NCBI GenBank assembly: GCA_001782045.1
Contig: MFNK01000003.1
Span: forward strand, 101,905 to 165,904
Origin: Candidatus Levybacteria bacterium RIFCSPHIGHO2_01_FULL_36_15b
GTDB lineage: Bacteria; Patescibacteriota; Microgenomatia; Levybacterales; UBA12049
DNA: 64,000 nt
Direction: 5' to 3'
The notes below the pieces were generated by a model. It did not search any database. It was not told where the DNA came from and saw only the letters and a program-made list of their open reading frames with translations. Both the position numbers and the translations under genes were made by a program. Shown here piece after piece: positions 18,064-28,167 of the stretch; positions within the stretch are counted from its first letter, which is position 1, and each line of letters begins with the position of its first letter.

Positions 18064-20070
18064 TTAGTCGGGGTAAATTTTTTTGTCGCTTAATTTAACA
18101 CTTTCGACAAGTTTTGGATAGTCGCTTAATTTATTAAAAATTTGCATAGCAGCTTCTTTTGTTTTTTGAATTAGGTCCAAATCTGAAAAACTAGCAATTT
18201 TAAGCATAGGAATTCCATGTTGCATTGTGCCGTAAATATTTCCGGGACCTCTTAATTTTAAATCAAGCTCGGCAAGCTTTGGGCCCGAATAAATTTGTTC
18301 CATTGCTTTAAGTCTTTTAAGCGTTTGAGGATTAGTGCTTGATGTAAATAATAGGCAAAATGATTGTTTATTGCCTCGTCCTACTCTTCCCCGCAGTTGA
18401 TGAAGCTGAGCCAGTCCAAAGCGTTCTGATTCCTCAATCAGCATTATAGTTGCCGAAGGGATATCAATTCCCACCTCAACTACAGGAGTTGAAACAAGAA
18501 TATCCAACCTTCTGTTTTTAAAAGCACTTAAAACATCTTCTTTTTCCCTTGATTTAAGTTTTCCGTGTAAAAGTCCAAGTTTTAAGTCAGAAAACACTTC
18601 GCTAGACAATCTTTCAAATTCTTTTTTTGCCGCTTTAACCGTAGTCATATTTTCCGACTCCTCAATTAAGGGGCAAATTATAAATACCTGGTCATTTTCT
18701 TTTTTTACTTTACCTTTTATCCATTCATATGCGTTTTCTCTTTTTAAAGGAGGTACAAGCCATGTTTTAATATTAATTCTTCCTTTTGGCATCTCATCAA
18801 GAATAGATAAGTCTAAGTCGCCATACATAGTAAGCGCTACGGTTCTTGGTATTGGAGTTGCAGTCATTGTTAAAAGATGCGGATTTTGACCCTTAAGACG
18901 AAGCATGGCTCTTTGCTCTACTCCAAATCTTTGTTGTTCATCAATCACGACTAATCCCAATTTGTCAAATTTTACCTTTTTATAAATAAGCGCATGAGTC
19001 CCAACAGCGACATCAAATCGCCTATTTATTTTCGATTCTGAAGAGAATAATTCTACAGCTATTCCCAAAGGCAAGAAAAGACTTGCAAGAGTTTTAAAGT
19101 GCTGCCTCGCTAGTATTTCTGTTGGTGCCATAAAAGCAGTCTGGAAACCGTTTAAATAAGCCACATAGGCCGCTATAGCTGCAACTACGGTTTTCCCGCT
19201 TCCTACGTCCCCCTCCAGCAATCTATTCATAGGCTTATCGCTATTTAAATCATTTAGTACTTCATCTACTGCTCTTTTTTGTGCCACCGTTAATTCAAAA
19301 GGTAAAGATTTTATAAAATCAGCGATTTTTTTATTAAATAACCCAACGTTCCACGGTTTAATTTTTTCTTTTTGCCATTCCCTTTTTCTATTTAAAGACG
19401 ACAAATGAAGCTTTAGCATTTCATCAAAAGACAATCTTTCCCGTGCTTTTTTAGCTTCATTCTGATTTTTCGGAAAGTGAATTGCCTTAATTGCACTTGA
19501 TAAATCGATCAAGTTATTATTTTTAATCAACTCGGCGGGTATATAATCGTCAAAGTTTTTAAGCTCTTCGAGTATCTTAAAAACCTGTCTTCGAATCCAT
19601 TTTGACGATACGCCTTTTGTTTCGGGATAAATTGGCACAAGTCTTCCGGTATGAATAGTTTGATTATTTAAAATTACTTCATAATCTGGAGATATCATAA
19701 TGAATCCGTTTTTTTCCTGCTGCACCTTGCCTGACAAAGATACTTCATCTTTTGCTTTTAATGCCTTTGGAATATAGGGCTGATTAAACCAAATAATATC
19801 AATTGTGCCTGTATTATCGCTGATTTTTGCTTTCTGTAGGCTTTTCCAGCGCCTGGTATAACTATTTTCAATTTTTTCCACCCTTCCTTTTATAGTAACT
19901 AGCTCACCTGCCTGGATTTGGTTAATTTGTGAAATTAGCGAATAATCTTCATATCTAAAAGGAATATGAAACAGGAAATCATATAACTTAAAAATTCCAA
20001 GCTTAGCAAGCCTTCGCGCGTACATTTTATACGACCTCGAAGCCCCTGTTATAGGCGTATTTAAATCCAT
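18064..20070 (-). CDS. recG: ATP-dependent DNA helicase RecG
   Basis: Wedge/OB N-domain, Walker A GDVGSGKT, DEQQRFGV box, QLRGRVGRG motif VI. Confidence 0.9.
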   Translation of the reverse strand: MDLNTPITGASRSYKMYARRLAKLGIFKLYDFLFHIPFRYEDYSLISQINQIQAGELVTIKGRVEKIENSYTRRWKSLQKAKISDNTGTIDIIWFNQPYIPKALKAKDEVSLSGKVQQEKNGFIMISPDYEVILNNQTIHTGRLVPIYPETKGVSSKWIRRQVFKILEELKNFDDYIPAELIKNNNLIDLSSAIKAIHFPKNQNEAKKARERLSFDEMLKLHLSSLNRKREWQKEKIKPWNVGLFNKKIADFIKSLPFELTVAQKRAVDEVLNDLNSDKPMNRLLEGDVGSGKTVVAAIAAYVAYLNGFQTAFMAPTEILARQHFKTLASLFLPLGIAVELFSSESKINRRFDVAVGTHALIYKKVKFDKLGLVVIDEQQRFGVEQRAMLRLKGQNPHLLTMTATPIPRTVALTMYGDLDLSILDEMPKGRINIKTWLVPPLKRENAYEWIKGKVKKENDQVFIICPLIEESENMTTVKAAKKEFERLSSEVFSDLKLGLLHGKLKSREKEDVLSAFKNRRLDILVSTPVVEVGIDIPSATIMLIEESERFGLAQLHQLRGRVGRGNKQSFCLLFTSSTNPQTLKRLKAMEQIYSGPKLAELDLKLRGPGNIYGTMQHGIPMLKIASFSDLDLIQKTKEAAMQIFNKLSDYPKLVESVKLSDKKIYPD

Positions 20071-20077
20071 AATTTAA

Positions 20078-20185
20078 TTATTGGGGAGGAGGTATAAAGG
20101 CAAGAACAGAAGTTGCAATCAAAGCAATAGAGGCAATTGCTACTAATACTTTCCAGATCCATTGGTGTTTTCTAAAAAGTTCCAT
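20078..20185 (-). CDS. candidate 35-aa single-TM micropeptide (MELFRKHQWIWKVLVAIASIALIATSVLAFIPPPQ)
   Basis: ATG 4 nt after tyrS stop, TAA 7 nt before recG ATG; fills the tyrS-recG gap exactly; no separate SD (coupling implied); not in ORF track (below length cutoff). Confidence 0.3.
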   Translation of the reverse strand: MELFRKHQWIWKVLVAIASIALIATSVLAFIPPPQ

Positions 20186-20189
20186 TATT

Positions 20190-21359
20190 TTATTTTACCA
20201 CAAGTCTTCTGAAAGTCCTTTTTCCTACTCTAAGAATCCCCTCCTTAATTTTATAACTAGAGTCTTTTATTTGCTTATTATTTAATGAGACTCCTCCTTG
20301 CTCTATTAATCTTTTTGCCTGTGATTTGCTTTCAGCAAGTTTAGTTTGAATGAGAATATCGGAAGCGGTAATGTTTTCTTTAATTTTAATCTCTAGAATA
20401 TTTCCCGGAGTTTCTCCCTCCTGAACAGTATTTTCAAAATCTTTTTGTGCAGAAGTTGCCTCTTTTTCGCCGTTTATGTCTTTGACGATTTCAAATGCCA
20501 ATTTCTTTTTAATATTAATCGGATTTTCCTTTTTTAATAATTTTTCTAAGCCATTTATAATAGAAAGAGATAAATTTGTACTCAAATTTAAATATTGAAC
20601 AATAAGTATGTCCGATATGGCCATCACCTTTGCGTATATATTTTTTGAGCTATCATCCAGCCAAATTGCATTGCCGTAAGATTTACTCATCTTTCGGCCA
20701 TCCGACCCTTCTAAGATAGGAGTAGTTAATACGAATGACTCTTTGTTTTTTATGTCTTTCAATAAGGTCCTTCCCGCCTGCATATTAAAAGTTTGATCTG
20801 TTCCGCCTATTTGAATATCCGTATTAAGCATCAAGCTATCGTAACCCTGCATGACAGGATAGAGTAGCTCATGTAGTCCGACCCTTTTGTTTTCTTTTAA
20901 TCTTTTTCTAATAAGTTCTCTGCCAATAAAATCTCCCGTACTAAAGTGCTGCATCAGTTTTAATATATCTTCAAAACCAAGCTGCTTTAGCCATTCGCTG
21001 TTATACTTAATTTTTACTTTTGAAAAATCGACTATTTTCTCAGCTTGGTTTTTATAAGTTTTAAAGTTTTCCTTAACCTCGTCTTTTGTAAGAGCAGGTC
21101 TTTCAGATTCTTTGTCCGAAGTATCTCCGATTAAGGCAGTAAAGTCTCCTATTAAAAAAGTAACGTTGTGTCCCAGTTCTGCAAATTGTTGAAGCTTGCG
21201 CAACGCTACTGCGTGTCCTAGATGTATTTTAGTAGATGTTGGGTCGATTCCTAAGTATACGTTCAATTTTTTTCCGCTCCTTAGTTTTCCCAAGAGAACA
21301 TTTTTATCAGGTATAATATTGGCTATACCTCTTTCCAGTATTTCTAAAGGCTTATCCAT
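20190..21359 (-). CDS. tyrS: tyrosyl-tRNA synthetase
   Basis: HIGH-type motif IHLGH, KMSKS present (RKMSKSYGN), C-terminal S4-like domain. Confidence 0.8.
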   Translation of the reverse strand: MDKPLEILERGIANIIPDKNVLLGKLRSGKKLNVYLGIDPTSTKIHLGHAVALRKLQQFAELGHNVTFLIGDFTALIGDTSDKESERPALTKDEVKENFKTYKNQAEKIVDFSKVKIKYNSEWLKQLGFEDILKLMQHFSTGDFIGRELIRKRLKENKRVGLHELLYPVMQGYDSLMLNTDIQIGGTDQTFNMQAGRTLLKDIKNKESFVLTTPILEGSDGRKMSKSYGNAIWLDDSSKNIYAKVMAISDILIVQYLNLSTNLSLSIINGLEKLLKKENPINIKKKLAFEIVKDINGEKEATSAQKDFENTVQEGETPGNILEIKIKENITASDILIQTKLAESKSQAKRLIEQGGVSLNNKQIKDSSYKIKEGILRVGKRTFRRLVVK

Positions 21360-21410
21360 AGCTAAAGTATAGCATAGAAGTTTAATTATTTGATATAATT
21401 CGAGATAGTA

Positions 21411-23789
21411 ATGCTTGACTATTCAAGAAGATCAAGAAGAAAGAATTATTTAACCTTCAGTTTCCCGCGATTTAATATAGGAGGGAATAGGTATTTTAGA
21501 AATACTTCTAAGATGACCCTCGCAAGCCGTCTATCTAAATACGCTTTTTTCGCAACCATAGGTTTTGTTGTTCTTATGATGGCGCTTTTTGTATGGTATG
21601 GAAGAAACCTTCCAGCTCCGGGAAAACTTATTGAAGTTCAGGCAAATCAATCCAGCGGAATTTATGATAGGAACGGAGAGCTTTTGTATTCGGTTTATCA
21701 AAATCAAAACAGAATTTATGTAAAGCTTAATGACATCCCAAAATATCTACAGCAAGGAACTATTGCAATCGAAGATAAAGATTTTTATACCAACAAAGGC
21801 TTTTCTATAACAGGTTACTTGCGAGCCGTAAGAAATTTAGTTCTTCTTCAGGGATTATCCGGAGGCTCTACCCTTACCCAACAGCTTGTAAAAAATGCTC
21901 TATTAACATCGGAGCGAACAATTCCAAGAAAAATTAAGGAATTAATGCTTTCTATTCAGGTAGACAGAAAATATTCCAAAGATCAAATACTAGAAATGTA
22001 TTTAAATGATGTCCCATATGGCGGAACCGCAATTGGGGTTCAAATAGCTTCTTTAATTTATTTTGACAAAGATGTAAAAGATTTATCCTTAGCAGAAAGT
22101 GCTTTTTTAGCCGGGCTTCCGCAATCTCCAAGCATTTACTCGCCATTCTCCGGAAATAAATACTATTTGCAAAGGACAAAAAATGTTTTGAATCAGATGG
22201 TTAATCAAGGATATATTACGCAGAAGCAGGCAGATAGTGCTTATAAAGAAATTGTGAGCAAAAAATTTACACAGTCGAATGTTGGAATAAAAGCACCTCA
22301 TTTTGTAATGTATGTTAAACAACAACTTGTAAAGCAATTTGGCGAGTCGGCTGTTGAAGCGGGAGGATTAAGAGTGACAACAACACTGGATTATAAAATT
22401 GAGAAAGAGGCAGAAAAAATAGTTAAGGAAGAAGTCGACAAACTTAAAAATTATAAAGTTGGAAACGGCGCAGCTGTTGTAACCAGTCCAAAATCCGGAG
22501 AAATTCTTGCAATGGTAGGAAGTGCTGACTATTTTGACACCGATAACGATGGTAATTTTAACGCAGCAACTGGTTTTAGGCAACCTGGTTCTTCTCTTAA
22601 GCCAATAACTTACGGAGTTGCATTTTCAAGAGGCTATACGGCTTCAACCCTTTTAATGGATACAAAAACCAATTTTAAGGCAAATGATTCTGAAAAAGAT
22701 TATATTCCCGTAAACTACGATGGAAAATACAGAGGTCCTGTTCAGGTAAGATTTGCTCTTGCAAATTCTCTTAATATTCCTGCTGTAAAAATGCTTGCTA
22801 TGGTTGGAGTTAAGAATGTAATGCAAAAAGGTTATGAGATGGGAATCGAAAACTGGCAGCCAACAGAAGAAAACCTTAGAAACGTCGGGTACTCTCTAGT
22901 TTTAGGGGGAAGAGACGTAAGGCTTCTTGATGAGGTTCAAGTTTACGGTGTTTTTGCAAATGGTGGAACAAAAATTCCACTGACATCAATTTTAGAGGTT
23001 AAAGATGCTAAGGGAAATTTATTATATAAATATAAGCCCCCTCAAGCGCAAAGAATTTTTTCTGAAGAAATTTCATTTTTAATTTCCCATATACTTTTAG
23101 ATAATATTGCGCGAAGTGCAACTTTTGGAACGAATTCATATCTTGTAATTTTTGGACATCCAAGCGTTGCAGTAAAAACCGGAACAACGGATCAAAAAAG
23201 AGACAATTGGACAGTTGGATACACAAAAGATTATGTGGTGGCTACATGGGTTGGAAATAATAATAACACCCCAATGGGAAATATTACCTCTGGTGTATCA
23301 GGCGCCGCCCCGATTTGGAACAGGATTATGACTTTCGCATTAAGAGGAAAACAGGATGTTTCTTTTGATAAACCAGATAACGTAATTGCTATGCAAGTTG
23401 ATGCTTATGGAGGGGGTCTTCCCGTTGATGGCAGACCAACTAGAAGCGAATATTATATTAAAGGGACTGAGCCAACTGGTCCTTCAACGATTTATAAAAA
23501 GGTAAAATTATCAAAAAACCAAAGCGGAAAACTTGCAAATGATAAGGAGATAGAAAAAGGAGACTATGAAACAAAGGATTATATTGTATTTGACGAAGAC
23601 GATCCTATTTCAACAGATGGAAAAAATAGATGGGTAGAGGGTATTTCTGCATGGTTACGCGAAACTTTTGCTGCAGACCATCCCGAATATTACCCTCCAA
23701 CAGATGTTTCAGATTATAACCCTGGAGATTCAAAGAAAGAAGATACTCCAACCCCTACCATGACCCTTACGCCAACACCTACTCCCTAA
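21411..23789 (+). CDS. bifunctional penicillin-binding protein 1A (GT51 transglycosylase + transpeptidase) with Pro/Thr-rich C-terminal tail
   Basis: GT51 motifs IAIEDKDFYTNKGF, GGSTLTQQL, RKIKE; TPase SxxK (GSSLKP), SxN (NSLN), KTGT. Tail DTPTPTMTLTPTPTP. True start may be ATG 21513 (MTLASRL, TM follows). Confidence 0.9.
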   Translation: MLDYSRRSRRKNYLTFSFPRFNIGGNRYFRNTSKMTLASRLSKYAFFATIGFVVLMMALFVWYGRNLPAPGKLIEVQANQSSGIYDRNGELLYSVYQNQNRIYVKLNDIPKYLQQGTIAIEDKDFYTNKGFSITGYLRAVRNLVLLQGLSGGSTLTQQLVKNALLTSERTIPRKIKELMLSIQVDRKYSKDQILEMYLNDVPYGGTAIGVQIASLIYFDKDVKDLSLAESAFLAGLPQSPSIYSPFSGNKYYLQRTKNVLNQMVNQGYITQKQADSAYKEIVSKKFTQSNVGIKAPHFVMYVKQQLVKQFGESAVEAGGLRVTTTLDYKIEKEAEKIVKEEVDKLKNYKVGNGAAVVTSPKSGEILAMVGSADYFDTDNDGNFNAATGFRQPGSSLKPITYGVAFSRGYTASTLLMDTKTNFKANDSEKDYIPVNYDGKYRGPVQVRFALANSLNIPAVKMLAMVGVKNVMQKGYEMGIENWQPTEENLRNVGYSLVLGGRDVRLLDEVQVYGVFANGGTKIPLTSILEVKDAKGNLLYKYKPPQAQRIFSEEISFLISHILLDNIARSATFGTNSYLVIFGHPSVAVKTGTTDQKRDNWTVGYTKDYVVATWVGNNNNTPMGNITSGVSGAAPIWNRIMTFALRGKQDVSFDKPDNVIAMQVDAYGGGLPVDGRPTRSEYYIKGTEPTGPSTIYKKVKLSKNQSGKLANDKEIEKGDYETKDYIVFDEDDPISTDGKNRWVEGISAWLRETFAADHPEYYPPTDVSDYNPGDSKKEDTPTPTMTLTPTPTP

Positions 23790-25722
23790 CTTGAGCCTTT
23801 AATTTATCTTTTAATATTTTTAAAATTTCTAATCTTACTTTTGATACATCCTCTTTTGTTAGATTTTTATCAAAGTCCCGGTAAGTTATATGAAATGTTC
23901 TGCTTTCATTGTAAGAGTCTTTTAAATAAACTTCGTTAATAATTTTATTTACCGAACCGATTTGATTAATAATTTCCTCTGTATCTAATGTACTAATTAT
24001 GGATATATCTTCATGAATAGCAGGAAATTTAGCTAATGGTTTGTAAACTTTTTTTGTATTGGCAAGCTTAAGTAGAGTTGCAAAGCTTAATTCAAAGTCT
24101 ATTAAATTGGTATCTAAAATTTCAATTTCTCCTAAGAATTCATCTCCCTTAAGAATAGAGGCTCCAATGCCTGCTCTTTTTGAGTTTTTAAAAATTAAGT
24201 CTGTAATGCCAATATCTTTTAAGACTTCCTCAATTAGTCCTTTTACTTCATAAAAGTCAGCGTTTTCTTTTTTTATGATACCGGAAAACATCAGTGTTTC
24301 TTTTGGCAAATCCCCCGTCTTTTTTTCATAGGTGTTGCTTAACTCGAAAATTTTTATTTCGTTTATACCTTTATTTTCATCAATAACCTGAAGTAAGCTT
24401 GGTACAAGCGAATTTCTCATATATTGCATGTCTATGCTTAATGGATTTTTAATTTTCAAAGCATTTTCAATTGGCCCTTCAAACTTTTCTTCAGAGACTA
24501 GTGAATATGTATAAACCTCGTTAAAGCCCAAGTATTTCATGGCGGTTTTAATTTTGTTTTCAAAATAAAAAGAGTCGTGAAATTTATAAGGTCTATTATT
24601 AAAAAACGAAGGTATAATTGAAGGTAGATTCTGATATCCATAAATTCTTGCTATTTCTTCAATAATATCCTCTTCAATTTCCATATCGCCTCTTAAAGAT
24701 GGAACTTTCACTTCAAGCGTTTCTTTTACTTCGTTTACTTCAAATCCTAATTTTTCCAATATTTGCCTAGATTTATTTAATGGAATATCAACTCCTATAA
24801 CGTCGGTTATTTTTTTGTTTGTAATTTTTATACTTTTTTGTTCTCTCTTATTTGGATATATATCAAGTATTTTAGATTCTATTTTCCCATCAGCGTGTTT
24901 TTGATAAAGTTCAATACCTCTTAAAAGAGCAGTCATTGCAAGATTTGGGTCAATTCCCTTTTCATTTAAGATGGCTGCTTCGGTTCTAATTCCTAAATTC
25001 ATAGAAGTGTTTCTTATGTTTATAGGATTATTATTATCAACAAAAAATAAAATTCTTTTTGTATTTTCTGTAATAACAGAATTTTGGGATCCCATAACTC
25101 CAAGAAGGTCAACAATTCTTCCGTTTTCGTCCTTTGCAATAATGTCATCGCCAAAAAGAAAATGAGTTTTACCATCAAGAGTAGTTATTTCTTCCCCTTT
25201 TTGAGACCGGGTAATTGTTAAATATTTAGTATTTAACCTATCTAAATCAAAAACGTGTGTTGGATGACCTGTTTCTCTCATTACGTAATTTGTTATGTCA
25301 ATAATATTATTCAAAGACCTTATTCCGCAAGCCTCTAGCCTATCTGAAATTATTTTAGAAGATTTTCTTACTTTAACAGTCATAACAATTGCACATATTC
25401 TGTTAACGATTGTTGAGTCATTTTTAACCTCAATCGGAAAAGAATCAGTTGATTTAGCAAGAAGCTCAATCTTAAATGGACTAAATTTTGTTTCAATTTG
25501 CTCGTTATATAATCCTACATTCGCTTCTCTAGCAACTCCAGTAACAGACATCAGATCAGGTCTGTTTGTTGTTACCTCAATATCGTAAACAAAATCTTCA
25601 TTTATTTTTTGAATTTTTTCAACAGAAACAGATGTTTGAGATAAAACACTTGCTATTTGCTTTGTGCTTGCTTTAGTTTCCAAATATTCTCTTAACCATG
25701 ATTCGGGTATTAAAATATTCAT
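23779..25722 (-). CDS. pheT: phenylalanyl-tRNA synthetase beta subunit
   Basis: MNILIPESWLREYLETKAS N-terminus typical of PheT, B3/4 and B5 region, directly downstream of pheS. Confidence 0.9.
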   Translation of the reverse strand: MNILIPESWLREYLETKASTKQIASVLSQTSVSVEKIQKINEDFVYDIEVTTNRPDLMSVTGVAREANVGLYNEQIETKFSPFKIELLAKSTDSFPIEVKNDSTIVNRICAIVMTVKVRKSSKIISDRLEACGIRSLNNIIDITNYVMRETGHPTHVFDLDRLNTKYLTITRSQKGEEITTLDGKTHFLFGDDIIAKDENGRIVDLLGVMGSQNSVITENTKRILFFVDNNNPINIRNTSMNLGIRTEAAILNEKGIDPNLAMTALLRGIELYQKHADGKIESKILDIYPNKREQKSIKITNKKITDVIGVDIPLNKSRQILEKLGFEVNEVKETLEVKVPSLRGDMEIEEDIIEEIARIYGYQNLPSIIPSFFNNRPYKFHDSFYFENKIKTAMKYLGFNEVYTYSLVSEEKFEGPIENALKIKNPLSIDMQYMRNSLVPSLLQVIDENKGINEIKIFELSNTYEKKTGDLPKETLMFSGIIKKENADFYEVKGLIEEVLKDIGITDLIFKNSKRAGIGASILKGDEFLGEIEILDTNLIDFELSFATLLKLANTKKVYKPLAKFPAIHEDISIISTLDTEEIINQIGSVNKIINEVYLKDSYNESRTFHITYRDFDKNLTKEDVSKVRLEILKILKDKLKAQVRE

Positions 25723-26757
25723 TTAAAATTGCTCTAGGAAATCAAGCTTGTTTGAGTATATTAGTCTTAAATCATCTATGTTTAAATTCTCTCTCATCAT
25801 TAATACCCTTTCTACTCCCCATCCCGATGCAAAACCTTTATATTTTTCCGAGTCAATTCCTGCGTTTTTTAAAACATTAGGATGTACCATACCGGCACCA
25901 CCCATTTCAAGCCAACCCTCCTTGCAGAGCTTGCATCCTTTACCTAGACACACTGTGCATGTAATGTCTACCTCAAAAGAAGGCTCTGTAAATTCAAAAT
26001 GATAAGGACGGATTCTGGTTTTTATTTTTGAGCCAAAAAAAGATTTTACAAAGTAGTCAAGGGTTCCTTTTAGATGTGTAATTGATAAATTTTCGGAAAC
26101 AGCCAATGTCTCAAACTGATGAAACATCGGGGTGTGCCCTACGTCAATTTGTCTTCTATAGGTTTTTGCAATGTTTAACATTTTAATAGGAGGTTTATTC
26201 TCAAGCATTTCTCTAATCTGGCCGCTTGAGGTATGCGGGGTCAATAGCATCGGTCCAAACTTATCGTGTTCTTTCTCGTCGATAAAAAACGTTTCCCAGT
26301 CATCTCTTGCAGGATGGTTAAGTGGAAAATTTAAAGCAGTAAACGAATACCAATCCCATTCGACTTCCGGATACCTAACCCTCGTAAATCCGATGCTTTT
26401 AAAAATATCTGTTATTTCCTCAATTGCTTGAGTAACAAGATGTAGATGTCCGATTGGCTCTGCCTTTCCTGGACTTGTCACGTCAATTTTTTTGATAACG
26501 TGGCTTAGGTTTTTATTTTTTAACTTTTGTGTTTGAGATTCAATTGCTTGTTCAATTGTTTCTTTTACTTCATTAGCCAGCATCCCCACAGCTGCTCTTT
26601 TCTCTTGCGGTACTTTTTTAATTTCCTTAATGGTTAGCGTCAGCTTTCCACTTTTTCCTAAAAACTGAAGCTTCGTTTCTTCCAGGCTCTCAAGGGAGTC
26701 GGCTTCTAAAACAAAAGACAGAGCGGCATTTTTAATCCCTATAAGTTCTTCTTCCAT
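25723..26757 (-). CDS. pheS: phenylalanyl-tRNA synthetase alpha subunit
   Basis: Class II motifs incl. FEFTEPSFEVDI and GAGMVHPNVL. Confidence 0.9.
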   Translation of the reverse strand: MEEELIGIKNAALSFVLEADSLESLEETKLQFLGKSGKLTLTIKEIKKVPQEKRAAVGMLANEVKETIEQAIESQTQKLKNKNLSHVIKKIDVTSPGKAEPIGHLHLVTQAIEEITDIFKSIGFTRVRYPEVEWDWYSFTALNFPLNHPARDDWETFFIDEKEHDKFGPMLLTPHTSSGQIREMLENKPPIKMLNIAKTYRRQIDVGHTPMFHQFETLAVSENLSITHLKGTLDYFVKSFFGSKIKTRIRPYHFEFTEPSFEVDITCTVCLGKGCKLCKEGWLEMGGAGMVHPNVLKNAGIDSEKYKGFASGWGVERVLMMRENLNIDDLRLIYSNKLDFLEQF

Positions 26758-26815
26758 ATTTTTAAGAATATCAAATCTAGCTCAATATTTCACTATTCTT
26801 ATAGATTCAAGGGGC

Positions 26816-27280
26816 TTAAGCAAGGGTACCTTTAATTACCTTTGTGAATTTATAAATTATGGTTTGCATAGATTGTTTCTCTAAATCATTAATAGCTTCT
26901 GTTTTGCACCCTTTTTTTAAGTCTGTAATAAGCTCAGGTGTCAATTCTCTATATGAATATCCATATATGTACCATAAAGCAGGTTTTAAAATGGTTTGGT
27001 TGAATTCATTTCTTACTTCTCTTCTCCCGTATTCAATGTGTTCATCTGTTAAGGCTAGAATAGGACTTTTTGTAAGCATAACTTTTTTGTCCGTGTGCTC
27101 GAAAAGTTTCTTAGAAAAAAGACCGCAACGCTCTGCTATTAGAATGCCAGAACGCGTTTCGCCTTGCATAGCTTTCAGATATCTTTCCATATCGATAATG
27201 GCAAGTCGGCCTTGGTCTTTTATAAATTTGGGTAAAGGAGGTTCTTCTAAACCGAAAAATCTTTTAGCTTCTATTAGCAT
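26816..27280 (-). CDS. hypothetical protein (154 aa) immediately upstream of pheS
   Basis: Intact ORF in the position occupied by pheM leader in E. coli; no recognisable motif. Confidence 0.4.
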   Translation of the reverse strand: MLIEAKRFFGLEEPPLPKFIKDQGRLAIIDMERYLKAMQGETRSGILIAERCGLFSKKLFEHTDKKVMLTKSPILALTDEHIEYGRREVRNEFNQTILKPALWYIYGYSYRELTPELITDLKKGCKTEAINDLEKQSMQTIIYKFTKVIKGTLA

Positions 27281-27365
27281 AGTGAAGATATTAGCAAAGA
27301 CCAGGTTCTAAGTCAATTTTTCTGCAATACTTTACATTAGCCTTTAAATTAGACAAACTTATAAT

Positions 27366-27824
27366 GTGTCGGAATATTCATCTGAATCAGCTTTTAGCAA
27401 TCAAGAGCTTGAAGGGCATATTGATAAGGCGCGCAGAATAGTAGTTGCGATGAATGTACTTAGATTGCCTGTCCGCTCAACATTTGTAGCTGACGATTTG
27501 AGGGCAGATATAAGAGATTCCCATCAGGATTATGGAAGATTTAGATTTTGGGGTTCGATTGAAAAAAAATTTCCATATCTTGGGTTACAAAATAATACGG
27601 CAATAATTAAAGATATTAAATTACCCGAGGAATTAAGAGAAAGGGGTTTGGGAAAAAAGTTAGTGTCTAAATGGGAAGAGGCGGCGTTAAATCAAGGTAT
27701 TCATAATTTTGTTATAACAAATCCAAGGGCCGAATCAGTAGGCTTCTGGGAAAAAATGGGATACGCAATTCCTAATGAACAGAGACAAAGAGCAGTTCCC
27801 TATTGCATGTTTAAAAGGAAATAA
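27366..27824 (+). CDS. GNAT-family N-acetyltransferase (putative)
   Basis: Motif A-like RGLGKKLVSKWEEAA and C-terminal GFWEKMGY typical of GNAT fold. Confidence 0.5.
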   Translation: MSEYSSESAFSNQELEGHIDKARRIVVAMNVLRLPVRSTFVADDLRADIRDSHQDYGRFRFWGSIEKKFPYLGLQNNTAIIKDIKLPEELRERGLGKKLVSKWEEAALNQGIHNFVITNPRAESVGFWEKMGYAIPNEQRQRAVPYCMFKRK

Positions 27825-28166
27825 TTATTTTACAGAAGCGACTATTTTCTTGAAGGTTTCAGGGTCGTTTACCACTAGATCCGCGAGAATTTTTCTGTCC
27901 AGTTCAATTTTATCCTTTTTAAGTTTATTCATTAAAACGCTATAAGAAATTCCCTGCAATTTTGCAGCTTCACCAATTCTAGTAATCCATAGCGTTCTTA
28001 TATTTCGCTTTTTAAGTTTTCGTCCATGGTATGCATAGGCACCTGAGTGCAAAAGTGCTTCCTTGGCTGTTTTAACGAGTCTATGCTTTGTTCCGCGATA
28101 GCCGCGGGTTAACTTAGCTAATTTATTATGTTTTCTTCTTGAAACTGTACCTCTTTTAACTCTCAT
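27825..28166 (-). CDS. rplT: 50S ribosomal protein L20
   Basis: MRVKRGTVSRRKHNKLAKLTRGYRG consensus L20 N-terminus. Confidence 0.9.
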   Translation of the reverse strand: MRVKRGTVSRRKHNKLAKLTRGYRGTKHRLVKTAKEALLHSGAYAYHGRKLKKRNIRTLWITRIGEAAKLQGISYSVLMNKLKKDKIELDRKILADLVVNDPETFKKIVASVK

Positions 28167-28167
28167 A

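Noticed and set aside
20082-20091. Strong plus-strand SD-like GGGGAGGAGG between recG and tyrS
   Set aside because: No plus-strand start codon follows. On the minus strand it encodes the PPPQ tail of the candidate micropeptide.
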